Positions 18,800 to 27,931 of a stretch of DNA of 64,000 bases are shown piece after piece. Position 1 is the first letter of the stretch. Each line of letters opens with the position of its first letter. The position numbers were made by a program, and so were the translations under genes. The stretch lies in IMG/VR virus record IMGVR_UViG_2934853166_000001. One strand, written 5' to 3'. This stretch comes from an uncultured virus (IMG/VR IMGVR_UViG_2934853166_000001). Lineage: Duplodnaviria > Heunggongvirae > Uroviricota > Caudoviricetes. The notes below the pieces were generated by a model. The model ran no database searches. It had not been told where the DNA came from and saw only the letters and a program-made list of their open reading frames with translations.

Positions 18800-19045
18800 G
18801 TGACCGACACCCCGATGACCGGCCCCGACCACGTGCGGGAAGCCCTGCGTCTCGCTGACCTCGCCGACAAGCCCGGCCTCGGCCCGTCCGACGAGCAGCG
18901 GTACCGCATGTTGATGCGCGCCCACCTGCACGCCAACCTGGCCCGCACCGCCGCCATGGTCGACGCCCAGCTCTACATCGACGGCACCAGCAGCCGCAGC
19001 GGTCAGAGCGTGGACGCCTGGCACGAGGTGTTCGCCGTCCAGTAG
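18800..19045 (+). CDS. Hypothetical protein
   Basis: RBS AAGGAG. Confidence 0.55.
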   Translation: MTDTPMTGPDHVREALRLADLADKPGLGPSDEQRYRMLMRAHLHANLARTAAMVDAQLYIDGTSSRSGQSVDAWHEVFAVQ

Positions 19046-19138
19046 CAGGCCGTTGTGTCGCCGTGGTTCTCACCCGCCTGCCGTGGGTGAGGGCTGCGGG
19101 GACACCGCGACCAGCGCGAGTGACCAGAAAGGACCCCC

Positions 19139-19324
19139 GTGGACAACATCCTCGCCCGCATCGTCGACCGGCAGTCCCGCACCGTGCAGGCCGACGACCT
19201 GGAAGCCCGCGCCGACCGGATCGGCCGCAACACCGACGGCATGACCTCCGACGAGCGGAACGCCGCCCACGAGCAGGCCGCCGAGCTGCGCCAGCAGGCC
19301 AAGACGTTGCGAGGCAACCGGTGA
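19139..19324 (+). CDS. Hypothetical protein
   Basis: RBS GAAAGGA. Confidence 0.55.
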   Translation: MDNILARIVDRQSRTVQADDLEARADRIGRNTDGMTSDERNAAHEQAAELRQQAKTLRGNR

Positions 19325-19785
19325 CCAGCCGGGCAGCCCGGTTTGCCGCCGCATTCGCCGCCCTCTACGCCGCCCACCAACTCGGGGACCACCACGTCCA
19401 GCGGGACGACGACGCCCAGGCCAAAGGCAAACCGGGTGTTGCTGGGAGGGCCGCGTGTGCCCGGCACGTCGCCACCTACACCCTCACCTGCGCTGCCGCG
19501 CTCGCCGCCACCAACCGGGTGACCGGTGCCGGGCTGAGGCCAGGACGGGTGCTGGCGGGGCTGGTGTTCTCGGCGGCCACCCACTACGTCATCGACCGGC
19601 GGGAGCCGCTGCGCCGGTTCGCTGAGGCCACCGGACACGGCGGCTTCTACCGGCTGGGCATGCCCCGTCCGGGCCGCGACGACAACCCGACGCTCGGCAC
19701 TGGCGCGTACGCGCTCGACCAGTCTGCTCACGTCGGTTGCCTGTTCGTGGCTGCGCTGATCGCCGCGACCGGCCGCAGGAAGTGA
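19321..19785 (+). CDS. DUF3307-like membrane protein
   Basis: AHQLGDHHVQ...K...HVATY...THYVIDRR...LDQSAH. Confidence 0.75.
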   Translation: MTSRAARFAAAFAALYAAHQLGDHHVQRDDDAQAKGKPGVAGRAACARHVATYTLTCAAALAATNRVTGAGLRPGRVLAGLVFSAATHYVIDRREPLRRFAEATGHGGFYRLGMPRPGRDDNPTLGTGAYALDQSAHVGCLFVAALIAATGRRK

Positions 19786-19908
19786 GTGGTGGGACGCGGG
19801 AGCCCTCTGACAAGCCGCCCGCGCCCCACCTGACCTCAACCACGAGATCACCCCTGACCGGTGAGTAACCAGCTCACCGGCGGGACCAGCCACCCGAAGG
19901 AGACCAGC

Positions 19909-20088
19909 ATGGCCAGTTTCGCACGAGCCCACCGCGAGTGGGAGAACGCCAGGAGGGAAGCCGACACGATCGGCACCCGCGCTGCCCGCGACGAGGCGGA
20001 GAAGCTGCGCCAGCAGCTTGGCGCACACCCGTCCGTGGCCGCCGCCCGTAAGGCCGTCAAGGGGCGGCTCGGGAAGGCCGGCCGGTGA
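19909..20088 (+). CDS. Hypothetical small protein
   Basis: RBS AAGGAG. Confidence 0.5.
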   Translation: MASFARAHREWENARREADTIGTRAARDEAEKLRQQLGAHPSVAAARKAVKGRLGKAGR

Positions 20089-20382
20089 GCGCCCCCACGA
20101 GCCGTGTCACCTGGGACCCGCAGACCCGCGAGTGGGTGCAGTGGCACGGCCGCAGCTACGAGATCGCCCAGGCGGCAGCCAAGCGGCAGGAGCAGCCGCA
20201 GCCAAACGGCGAGGCCAAGTGACCGCCGGTCAGCAGATCGCGGGGGTGGCCGTAGGTGGTCGCCCCCGCACCACCCGCCGGCCCGTCGAGTACACGACTA
20301 GGTCGGGCCGCTGCGTGTGCGGGACCGACCGCGACGCCAGCCCATGCCCGCAGAACTGCCTCACCCGAGAGGACGCGACCAG

Positions 20383-20637
20383 ATGACACCGCCGCTGTTG
20401 AACGCCCCGCCCGCCCGCATCCACCGCCGCAACCTGCCGGCCGCGCCCGGTGACGCGTACACGCGCCGCGCCGAGCAGCACCGGGTGGCGTTGGCCCGAC
20501 ACGAGCCGGTCGTCGTGCGTGTCGACGGGTACGGGCGCGGGTGGTATGTGGAGGCCGTCGCCGACGGCATGTACCACCTGTGGCGGGACGGGGCGACGCT
20601 GGTTGCCGCCTGGACCGACGTTCCCCTCGGCCAGTAG
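20383..20637 (+). CDS. Hypothetical protein
   Basis: RBS GAGGA. Confidence 0.5.
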   Translation: MTPPLLNAPPARIHRRNLPAAPGDAYTRRAEQHRVALARHEPVVVRVDGYGRGWYVEAVADGMYHLWRDGATLVAAWTDVPLGQ

Positions 20638-20649
20638 GAGACTCACGCC

Positions 20650-20988
20650 ATGCCGTTCCTGCCGGTGCCGCAGCCCTGCTGGTTGATCCTGATCGAGGGC
20701 GATTGGGTGGGCTGCGGCACCTGCTACGGGCGGGCGGTGTGGCTGTCGGAGCGGATCTGGGTCGAGGAGTTGGAGTTGGGTGCGGTCGCTTCGGGGCCGC
20801 CGGTGATTGTGCGCGCGGACGGGCTGTGCGTGCTCGTGTCGTGCTCCGGCTGCGGGGCGTGGTGGGCGGGTGAGGGTGGCATGGCGGTGCACTCCGCCGG
20901 GATGGTGGAGGCACTGCGGGACGGGTTGGAGGACGGGTGGGTTGGGGACGTGTGCCCTGCCTGCCGGGCCGCCGAGTTGATGCCCTAA
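20650..20988 (+). CDS. Hypothetical Cys-rich protein
   Basis: CGTC, CSGC, CPAC. Confidence 0.55.
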   Translation: MPFLPVPQPCWLILIEGDWVGCGTCYGRAVWLSERIWVEELELGAVASGPPVIVRADGLCVLVSCSGCGAWWAGEGGMAVHSAGMVEALRDGLEDGWVGDVCPACRAAELMP

Positions 20989-20991
20989 CCC

Positions 20992-21585
20992 CTACCGCCC
21001 CGCTCGCACATTGAGCGGCAGCTTGTGGTCGCGAAGCAGTTGATCCTCAAGCTTGTATGCCGCCTCCCTGTCCGAGCATGGGACGGCGCTCCAACGCACG
21101 AACACCTTGCCTTGCCGGGCGTGGCCGACAAGGCGCTTCTGAAGCTCGCTGCTGCTCCCGGCGTACACCTGCGTGTCGGCTGCGTCGTAGAGGAAGTAGA
21201 CGACGGGCGTCCCTTTTGGCGGCATAGGGCAGTACTGGTCGAACGGATACGTCCCAACCCATGTGCCGCCGGGACCGTTGGGGTTGGCCCTTGCCTTCTT
21301 CGCCTCCCTGACCCTCTTGTGGTGCGCTTTGCCGTAGATGCCGGTGGCCGCCGGCCCGAGAATGGCTTTCAGCTGGTCGTGAAACCCGGGGGAGAGCACG
21401 TCCCGGGCCTTCATGTAGACATCCGTGACTTGGTCCATGTCCATGGCACCCCCGTCCAGCTTGAACTTCATGCGAAGCAGAAGGGCTGCTTGGGCTTGCT
21501 CCTGTAGGCGCTGGACACGAAGCACCTGCTGGTGCAGCTCTGCGATTCGGTCGACTTCTTCTTGGAGGGAGATTGGATCGCTCAA
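20992..21585 (-). CDS. GIY-YIG nuclease domain protein (C-terminal)
   Basis: VVYFLYD....VYAGSS..L.KRL..H...A..LE..L......LN. Confidence 0.75.
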   Translation of the reverse strand: MSDPISLQEEVDRIAELHQQVLRVQRLQEQAQAALLLRMKFKLDGGAMDMDQVTDVYMKARDVLSPGFHDQLKAILGPAATGIYGKAHHKRVREAKKARANPNGPGGTWVGTYPFDQYCPMPPKGTPVVYFLYDAADTQVYAGSSSELQKRLVGHARQGKVFVRWSAVPCSDREAAYKLEDQLLRDHKLPLNVRAGR

Positions 21586-21863
21586 CGGGGTGACCTCCGG
21601 ACGGTCGTGGACGTCTTGCGTGCTGCTCGGCGATCCGCTGCCGCCTTCTTGGCTGCGGCGCGCGCTTCCGGGTTGAGGGCTTGGCGGATGGCCTCGCGGC
21701 TGTAGCCAGTGAAGTGTTCGAGGTCAACGGGTCGCCATCCGGCATCGCGTGCGCGTCGGAGGCCAGCGTCGCGCTCCGCGATGCGGCGCTCCTCCGCTGC
21801 GGCAATCTCTTCGCCTGCCTTGTCGTAGCGAGCGATGACTTCTCGGAGTTCATCTTCGGTCAC
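21582..21863 (-). CDS. Small coiled-coil/HTH protein
   Basis: GWRPVDLEHFTGYSREAIRQAL; resembles the C-terminus of the 6744-7340 protein. Confidence 0.7.
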   Translation of the reverse strand: MTEDELREVIARYDKAGEEIAAAEERRIAERDAGLRRARDAGWRPVDLEHFTGYSREAIRQALNPEARAAAKKAAADRRAARKTSTTVRRSPR

Positions 21864-21899
21864 GCTCCTACTATCCCATCCTGGCTTGGCCTGTTCAAG

Positions 21900-21944
21900 T
21901 TAGGCCAAGTGTCACTTGACGCCAAGTTGCGTTTGGCCTAACAT
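21900..21944 (+). promoter_or_regulatory. Promoter with overlapping operator
   Basis: TTGACG(21916)-N17-TAACAT(21939); inverted repeat TTAGGCCAA...TTGGCCTAA. Confidence 0.7.
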
Positions 21945-21978
21945 GGTTTGTGTAAGGGGAGACGAGGAGGGGGCAGTC

Positions 21979-22359
21979 ATGCAGGAGATCCGCCACAACA
22001 GCAACGGCCAGGTCCGCTACCTGTACGGCACCCCCAGCGGCATCCTGGAGTTCCGGGCACTCCCCACCGCCACCACGACCATCGAAACGCTGATCATCCA
22101 CGTGCCCGCCTGCAACGGCGACCAGTGCGCCGCCCACGGCTGGGACTGCGACGCCGAAAACCCCGGCGACCTGATCGCCAACTGGTGGGCCGGCGACGAC
22201 GCGGGCATTTGGGCTGGCCTTGCCGCCCACGCCATCGCCCTCGACGTCGACACCATCCCCGGCCCGCCCACCGAGCCGTCCCACGAGGCGCGCACGCTCG
22301 CCGGCCGTCTCCGCGCCGAAGGCAACCGCATGGCTAGCGACCCCGACTACTTCAACTGA
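21979..22359 (+). CDS. Hypothetical protein
   Basis: RBS GAGGAGG. Confidence 0.65.
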   Translation: MQEIRHNSNGQVRYLYGTPSGILEFRALPTATTTIETLIIHVPACNGDQCAAHGWDCDAENPGDLIANWWAGDDAGIWAGLAAHAIALDVDTIPGPPTEPSHEARTLAGRLRAEGNRMASDPDYFN

Positions 22360-22373
22360 CAGGAGCACCCGCA

Positions 22374-22610
22374 ATGCCGCGCACCGCTTTCACCCCCACC
22401 GGCGACGGGCAGGCCACCGTCGTCACCCCCGACCGGGTGTTCCACGGCCTCAACACCGACCGGCTCGAAACGGCGTGGCTGGTGTGGCTGGAACACCCCA
22501 ACCCGGTACGCCTCGCCGGAGTGCTCCGCTACGAGCACGGCTACATCGGCGACAGCATCCGCTACGCCCTCGCCGCCGACGCCCTCCACCGCGCCGGCAT
22601 CACCATCTGA
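22374..22610 (+). CDS. Hypothetical small protein (mini-gene array)
   Basis: RBS GACAGGAG. Confidence 0.65.
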   Translation: MPRTAFTPTGDGQATVVTPDRVFHGLNTDRLETAWLVWLEHPNPVRLAGVLRYEHGYIGDSIRYALAADALHRAGITI

Positions 22611-22630
22611 CCCGCAGACAGGAGACCGAG

Positions 22631-22864
22631 ATGACCACCCCCACCGTTGAGCGGCACTTCGCCGCCGTCCGCATCACCACCGGCACCCACACCTACCACC
22701 TCAACCGGGACCGGCTGGCCGACGCCATCCGCATCCTCTCCAACCCGCACACCAGCAGCGCCGCCAGGATGCTCCGGGATATGCACCCGACGCTGACCCC
22801 CGGCGACACGTACGACTACCTGTGCGCCGCGCAGAAGTGCATCGACTACAACATCCAGCCCTGA
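22631..22864 (+). CDS. Hypothetical small protein (mini-gene array)
   Basis: Follows repeated linker/RBS. Confidence 0.65.
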   Translation: MTTPTVERHFAAVRITTGTHTYHLNRDRLADAIRILSNPHTSSAARMLRDMHPTLTPGDTYDYLCAAQKCIDYNIQP

Positions 22865-22897
22865 CAGCACCCAGCATCCGCAGACAGGAGCACCGTC

Positions 22898-23074
22898 ATG
22901 GACTACGCCACCATCGCCCGGTACCTCATCGGCCGCGCCGACCAGCACGCCAGCAACGCCGCCGACGCCTACCAGCGGGGCGACCACACGACCGCCGGCA
23001 AGGAGGCCGCCGTCCGACAGGTGTACGACGACGCCGCCGCGAAGCTGTTCGCCATCGCCGCCCACAACCGCTGA
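22898..23074 (+). CDS. Hypothetical 58-aa protein (MDYATIARYLIG...)
   Basis: Translated by hand; not in the ORF track; RBS lies in the repeat. Confidence 0.65.
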   Translation: MDYATIARYLIGRADQHASNAADAYQRGDHTTAGKEAAVRQVYDDAAAKLFAIAAHNR

Positions 23075-23095
23075 CCCGCAGACAGGAGACCCATC

Positions 23096-23257
23096 ATGGC
23101 TGACAAGAACGAGCAGACCGACGTCACCGTCACCTTCACCGCCGACCAGCTCGGCGCACTGCGCGCCCTGCTCCGACTCGTGCACTACGACAACCTCGCG
23201 CAGGACTGGTTCAACCTGCTGCCCGCCGAGATCTGTCAGGCAGTCCAAGGCCGCTGA
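23096..23257 (+). CDS. Hypothetical 53-aa protein (MADKNEQTDVTVTF...)
   Basis: Translated by hand; RBS lies in the repeat. Confidence 0.65.
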   Translation: MADKNEQTDVTVTFTADQLGALRALLRLVHYDNLAQDWFNLLPAEICQAVQGR

Positions 23258-23362
23258 CCTGCCCGCCCTTGTCTCGCCGGGAGGCGACAACCGTGACGGT
23301 GCCGCATCGGATGCGGTCGAGGGCACCACGCCAGCCCAGCCGACAACCCGAAAGGAGCCCTG

Positions 23363-23593
23363 ATGGTCGCCTTCTTCACCACCACCGACGTCCTCACCGC
23401 CATCACCGCCGGCCACAACACCGTCGACACCCTCGCCGACCACTTCGGCGTCACGCCCGCCTCCTACAACCTGCGAGCCAGCCTGGCGCAGCTCGCCAAC
23501 GAAGGCTCCATCGCCGTCGTCGGTGCTGACGCCAACGGGACCAAAACGTTCACGGCCATCGCCGACGGCGCGCAGATCGTGGAGGAGCCGTGA
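23363..23593 (+). CDS. Hypothetical, winged-helix-like
   Basis: TVDTLADHFGV...LRASLAQLANEGSI. Confidence 0.6.
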   Translation: MVAFFTTTDVLTAITAGHNTVDTLADHFGVTPASYNLRASLAQLANEGSIAVVGADANGTKTFTAIADGAQIVEEP

Positions 23594-23907
23594 CCATGCC
23601 GCCGGCTCCGACGCGACCCGCACCCACCCCGTGGGCTGTTGCCGAGTACGCCGCCCTCATCGCCTACATCCACGACATCCACGCACCCCAAGACAACCTC
23701 ACCGAGAAGCAGTGGCAGGCCGCCCAACAGTGGCTTGCCACCTACACCGGCCCTACCAGCATCGAAGAGAAGGTCACGTTCGATGCGGTCGCCGTCATGG
23801 TGCACGACCTGCCGGTGCTCGGCTGGACGCCGGAGGAAGAGACTGCGGCGCTGCGGCTGATCGCCGCCCACGATCAGGCATGGGCCGGGTCGGCGGTGAA
23901 GTCGTGA
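23590..23907 (+). CDS. Hypothetical protein
   Basis: GTGA coupling. Confidence 0.55.
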   Translation: MTMPPAPTRPAPTPWAVAEYAALIAYIHDIHAPQDNLTEKQWQAAQQWLATYTGPTSIEEKVTFDAVAVMVHDLPVLGWTPEEETAALRLIAAHDQAWAGSAVKS

Positions 23908-24125
23908 CCGCCCTTGCGGACGTCGCTTGGGTCGTCGACCACGACGTCAACCCCGCCGACCCCGACCTGCCCGAACCAATCGCACACCGCATCACCCTCA
24001 CCGGCGGTGTCCTCGCCTGCGCGCCGTGGATCACCGCCGCCGCCGGCCGACGCATCACCGAGACGCAGGCACGCAACAGCGCCAGCATGTGCCCCCACTG
24101 CTGGCCCGACCCGAAGGGGCAGTGA
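23904..24125 (+). CDS. Hypothetical protein (CPHC)
   Basis: GTGA coupling. Confidence 0.5.
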   Translation: MTALADVAWVVDHDVNPADPDLPEPIAHRITLTGGVLACAPWITAAAGRRITETQARNSASMCPHCWPDPKGQ

Positions 24126-24352
24126 CCGCCGTGATCGAGCAGACCACCGTCGACTGGCGACACGGTTTCCCCGCCTGGCTGTACGGCAAGCACGTCACAG
24201 TCACCACCAACACCCGGCAGGCATCCGGTGAAGTTTCCATCGCCACCAGGTCACGGTTCGGGCAGCCGTTCATCGAGTTCGAGGACGGCAGCAGCATCGA
24301 CTGGCATGACGACGAGCACGCCACCATCACCCTGACCGCGAAGGAGCAGTGA
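24122..24352 (+). CDS. Hypothetical protein
   Basis: GTGA coupling. Confidence 0.55.
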   Translation: MTAVIEQTTVDWRHGFPAWLYGKHVTVTTNTRQASGEVSIATRSRFGQPFIEFEDGSSIDWHDDEHATITLTAKEQ

Positions 24353-24675
24353 CCTCCATGACCGAGCAGACCGCCCCCGAGCACGTCGACCTGGCCGACT
24401 ACTCGCGGGCCCTCGACGAAATCCACCGCCTCCGCGCCGCCCTTGCCTACGAGGCCGGTGTCACCGCCGCCCACCTCAGCTACGCCACCTTCCCCAAGTC
24501 CAGGCGGGCGTTCGCCGAGGAGCAGGTGCAGCGGATGCGCGCAGCCGCCCGAGGCGAAGCCAACTCCGCCTACACGATCTCCGGCTGGCGGATGCAGGCC
24601 GCCCTGCGTGACGCTGGCGCATCCGTGACGCTGACCCGCTGGGAGTGGGAGCACGCCCCCACCGGCCGTAGTTGA
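24349..24675 (+). CDS. Hypothetical phage protein
   Basis: GTGA coupling, RBS AAGGAG. Confidence 0.6.
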   Translation: MTSMTEQTAPEHVDLADYSRALDEIHRLRAALAYEAGVTAAHLSYATFPKSRRAFAEEQVQRMRAAARGEANSAYTISGWRMQAALRDAGASVTLTRWEWEHAPTGRS

Positions 24676-24746
24676 CCGCGCGGAAGTTCCTCAACCCCCC
24701 GCAGCGTTGACACCCCACATCAACCAGCCCAGGCAAGGAGCCCTCG

Positions 24747-25391
24747 GTGAAGACGTACACCATCGCCCCACCCCGCAACCGCATCAACCAGTCCATCCGC
24801 GACGCCCTCGGCCTCGACGTGGCCGCCACCCACGGGCACTGGATCATCGCCGCACCGAACATCACGTTCGCCGTGCATCTGCTGCGCGCCCGAGGATTCC
24901 CCGACTGGCCCAGCGACGGTGCCGGCCTCATCAAAGCCGACGGTCATGCCGTGAACGCCTTGACGGCTGCCGGGAGGCTCGACGAGGAGATCATGTTGGT
25001 GCGTGCGGAGATGGCGCGACACGGCGACCCGGTGGCCGTCGTCGACAAGGGCGGGGACGCCCGCCGCATCGGTGTGATCAGCGACGGCAGGTTCACCCCC
25101 GACAACGACCACCTGACGGGCCCCGAACGGGCCGCCATGGACGTGTGGCTGCGGGGAAGTGCCGACACCACCGGCATGCTGTACGCCGTCCGCGCAGCCC
25201 TCGCCGCCGCAGGCGTTGCCGTCGCCCCGGACGCCCGGGAACGGCTCGCCCGGCACCTGTACCTGCAAGCCAACCCCACCGACCCGTGGGCCGCCGCCCA
25301 CTGGGATGCAGGCGGACAGCACGTCGCCCGCGCGGCGTGGCTTCAGCGAGCCGACCTGGCGCTCGCCGTCATCACCGGACAGGAGAACTGA
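24747..25391 (+). CDS. Hypothetical protein
   Basis: RBS AAGGAG. Confidence 0.6.
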   Translation: MKTYTIAPPRNRINQSIRDALGLDVAATHGHWIIAAPNITFAVHLLRARGFPDWPSDGAGLIKADGHAVNALTAAGRLDEEIMLVRAEMARHGDPVAVVDKGGDARRIGVISDGRFTPDNDHLTGPERAAMDVWLRGSADTTGMLYAVRAALAAAGVAVAPDARERLARHLYLQANPTDPWAAAHWDAGGQHVARAAWLQRADLALAVITGQEN

Positions 25392-25392
25392 C

Positions 25393-25866
25393 ATGGCCAA
25401 CCAGGTCACGCCCATCAGCCCCACCGATCTGTCCGTTCTGATCGGACGCCACGCCCCGGTCGAACCCGACCCGTGCCGGATCTGCGGCGCAGACATGACC
25501 ATTTCCAGCATGGGCGGCGGCAACGCCACCATCTACCGGTGCTCCGTCGCCAGCGGCCTCTACTTCACCGCCGCCGACCAGGCCACCACCGAAGCGAACC
25601 ACGAGCACTACCGGAAGTCCGAGCAGCGAATCACCTACCACGGTGACTCGGCGCTTATCGCCGCCCTCCACGAGCTGCGGGCCCTACGCCAGGCGGCAGG
25701 GGAGGACATGACGGTGCCGGTCGGCGCGTACGCATACCCGCACGGCCACGGCGAGGGCCGCTGCTACTACCGGCTGCTGCATCTTGGTGGGGACCGGTGG
25801 GAAGAGGCGTACGACCTTGACTTCACCCACGACCCGACCCACTCCGACAAGGTGGGCCAGCAGTGA
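25393..25866 (+). CDS. Hypothetical protein with Zn-ribbon-like CRICG
   Basis: RBS GACAGGAG. Confidence 0.6.
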   Translation: MANQVTPISPTDLSVLIGRHAPVEPDPCRICGADMTISSMGGGNATIYRCSVASGLYFTAADQATTEANHEHYRKSEQRITYHGDSALIAALHELRALRQAAGEDMTVPVGAYAYPHGHGEGRCYYRLLHLGGDRWEEAYDLDFTHDPTHSDKVGQQ

Positions 25867-26516
25867 ACCCAGGTCCCGACCGGATCCTCACCATGCGGCA
25901 TGTCACGTGCATGGCCGCCGTCGACACCATGCCCCACATTGCCGCCCGCATCCGCAACCTGCTCGCCCACGGTCGGCGCATCACCGTCGCCCGCAGGCTC
26001 ACGCACACGGACGGGCCGCCGGAGGTGACGGCGGGTCTCACCGTGGACGAGGTCACCGACTGGCGTGGCGGCCACGGCATCGGCGTCCACCTCAAGCCCG
26101 GCATCCACGGCTTCTCCGTGTCCGCGCTGCCGGGGGAGAACGACACGGAGGCCGGCGAGTGGAAGAGGTACCACACCGCCGACGGCAGCAACCCGTTCCA
26201 GCGGCGGGAGAACATGACCCGCGTCGACATCACCGGCGGCCTGCCGGGGGACGGGCCGGCACCGAACGACCTGCTGGCGATCCGCCACTGGAACAGCTCG
26301 GGCGCGTGCTACGAAAGGGTGATCGCTTTCGACGCCGGCCCGCGTGACGGCGAATACCGGGCGGGCCGCTGGCTGTACGGCATGGCCCTGGGCCCGGCGC
26401 ACATGGAAGACCGGGTGCGGCAGTGGGACCACGGTCGGGTGTCGGACGCCGACCTGGAGCTGTGGGCGGGGCGGGCGCGCGAGCTGCTGGCCGCGATCGC
26501 CGACGAGGGGAGGTAG
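25863..26516 (+). CDS. Hypothetical protein
   Basis: GTGA coupling. Confidence 0.55.
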   Translation: MNPGPDRILTMRHVTCMAAVDTMPHIAARIRNLLAHGRRITVARRLTHTDGPPEVTAGLTVDEVTDWRGGHGIGVHLKPGIHGFSVSALPGENDTEAGEWKRYHTADGSNPFQRRENMTRVDITGGLPGDGPAPNDLLAIRHWNSSGACYERVIAFDAGPRDGEYRAGRWLYGMALGPAHMEDRVRQWDHGRVSDADLELWAGRARELLAAIADEGR

Positions 26517-26518
26517 CC

Positions 26519-26920
26519 GTGGCTGACGACCGCATCGAGCTTGCCGCCCTGGCCGCCGCCGGCCGGGTCGACTTCCGGCTCACCTACGCGCGCACCGAGC
26601 GTCGGCGTGTCCGTCCAGGTGCGCTCGACGGGCCCACCATCCCCTGCGCGTACGGGGGTGCGGACGGGCAGGACGGCGGCTGGTACGACGGCCGGGATGA
26701 GGAGCCTGCCGGCCGCAGCGAGGCTGAGTGGGTGGACCGGTATGCCGGGTACGCCGTCAACGAGGCTGTGCATGAGGCCCTGGAGTGGTTTCGGGTGGAC
26801 GGGCGTCCGTGGCTGGATCCGCATGGTAGTCCGGCGCATGAGGATGAGGTGTGTGCGGCGGTCGATGAGTTGGTGGCGCGGTTGGTGGCGATTCGGGGGC
26901 GGGTGTTGGGGGAGGGGTGA
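26519..26920 (+). CDS. Hypothetical protein
   Basis: RBS GGGAGG; AVNEAVHEALEWF. Confidence 0.55.
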   Translation: MADDRIELAALAAAGRVDFRLTYARTERRRVRPGALDGPTIPCAYGGADGQDGGWYDGRDEEPAGRSEAEWVDRYAGYAVNEAVHEALEWFRVDGRPWLDPHGSPAHEDEVCAAVDELVARLVAIRGRVLGEG

Positions 26921-26987
26921 GGTGGGTTGTGGTGGGGCCGGTCGCCTTGGGGTGGCCGGCTCTGCTGTTTGTGCAGGTCAAACCATG

Positions 26988-27025
26988 TTGATATGGAGTC
27001 CATATCTTGCTATGCTTGCCATATC
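26988..27025 (+). promoter_or_regulatory. Promoter with operator palindrome
   Basis: TTGATA-N17-TATGCT; GATATGG-AGT-CCATATC plus a second CCATATC at 27019. Confidence 0.7.
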
Positions 27026-27044
27026 ACACAGAGAGGTGCCAGCC

Positions 27045-27329
27045 ATGAAACTCACCCCCACCCGCCTCGCCGTCCTCAACGCCATCGCCGCTGGCAACGT
27101 CAAGCACCACCGCAGCTGGACCGGCAACAAGAAGGACCACGACAAGTGGCAGGTCGACGAATACACCACCAAAGACGTCACCCGCATCTGCACCGACCTC
27201 GCCAATGCCACCCCCCGACTGGCCCGCCTCGGCCGTCGCACCAGCCCGTCGATCCTCGCCCCCCAGGTGTGGGAGTTGACCGCCGACGGGGAGATGCTGC
27301 TCGCCGCCCACAACGCCAAGGAGGCGTAA
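27045..27329 (+). CDS. Hypothetical wHTH-like protein (paralog of 27932-28210)
   Basis: LTPTRLAVLNAIAAGNV...WELTADGEMLLA. Confidence 0.65.
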   Translation: MKLTPTRLAVLNAIAAGNVKHHRSWTGNKKDHDKWQVDEYTTKDVTRICTDLANATPRLARLGRRTSPSILAPQVWELTADGEMLLAAHNAKEA

Positions 27330-27332
27330 CCC

Positions 27333-27926
27333 ATGACCCGGCAGACCAGCGCCCCCCTCGCCAGCCACAACCTGGCCGCCATGGACCGCGAGGCATACGG
27401 CTACGTCATCGCCCACCGCGAAGGCGAACTCATCCTCAACCCGCCCTACCAACGCAGCCCAGTCTGGGACGACAGCCAGCGCATCGGCCTCGTTCGCTCC
27501 TGGATGACCGGCATCCCCATCCCCGCCGTCATCATCAACGTCCGCCGCTCCGTCTGGTGGACCGACACCACCATCTTCGACCCCCGCTCCGACGACCCCG
27601 CCAGCGATGCGGTGGTCGACGGGCAGCAGCGGATCCGCACCACCCTCGCCTGGTTCGCCGGTGACTTCGCTGTACCCGCATCCTGGTTCGAGCCGGACAT
27701 GGTCGCGGCCACCGAGAACACCGACGACGGCCCGTACGTCCGCTACAGCGGTCTCACCCGCATCGGACAGACGTGGTTCAAGCGGCAGGCGAAACTGCCG
27801 TACATCGAAGCGAAGCTGGCGACGCTGCGGGAGGAAGCCGACCTGTATCTGATCGTCAACGGCCAAGGCGTCCCGCAGACCGACGCGGACATGGCCAACG
27901 CCGCCCGCGTAGCGAAGGGAAAGTGA
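27333..27926 (+). CDS. Stand-alone DUF262 (GmrS-like, ParB/Srx fold) protein
   Basis: NPPYQRSPVW...LVRSW..GIPIPAVII...VVDGQQR. Confidence 0.9.
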   Translation: MTRQTSAPLASHNLAAMDREAYGYVIAHREGELILNPPYQRSPVWDDSQRIGLVRSWMTGIPIPAVIINVRRSVWWTDTTIFDPRSDDPASDAVVDGQQRIRTTLAWFAGDFAVPASWFEPDMVAATENTDDGPYVRYSGLTRIGQTWFKRQAKLPYIEAKLATLREEADLYLIVNGQGVPQTDADMANAARVAKGK

Positions 27927-27931
27927 CCGCC

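Larger units (their letters stand above)
22607..23091 (+). repeat. Repeated intergenic linker CTGACCCGCAGACAGGAGACC
   Basis: Exact 21-mer at 22607-22627 and 23071-23091; core CCGCAGACAGGAG at 22878-22890. Confidence 0.85.

Noticed and set aside
22358..23091. CRISPR array or integron attC array
   Set aside because: Repeats are 12-21 bp, non-palindromic, contain stop+RBS and are separated by whole ORFs; no cas genes, no attC-like hairpins, and no IntI-specific insertion recognised in the recombinase.
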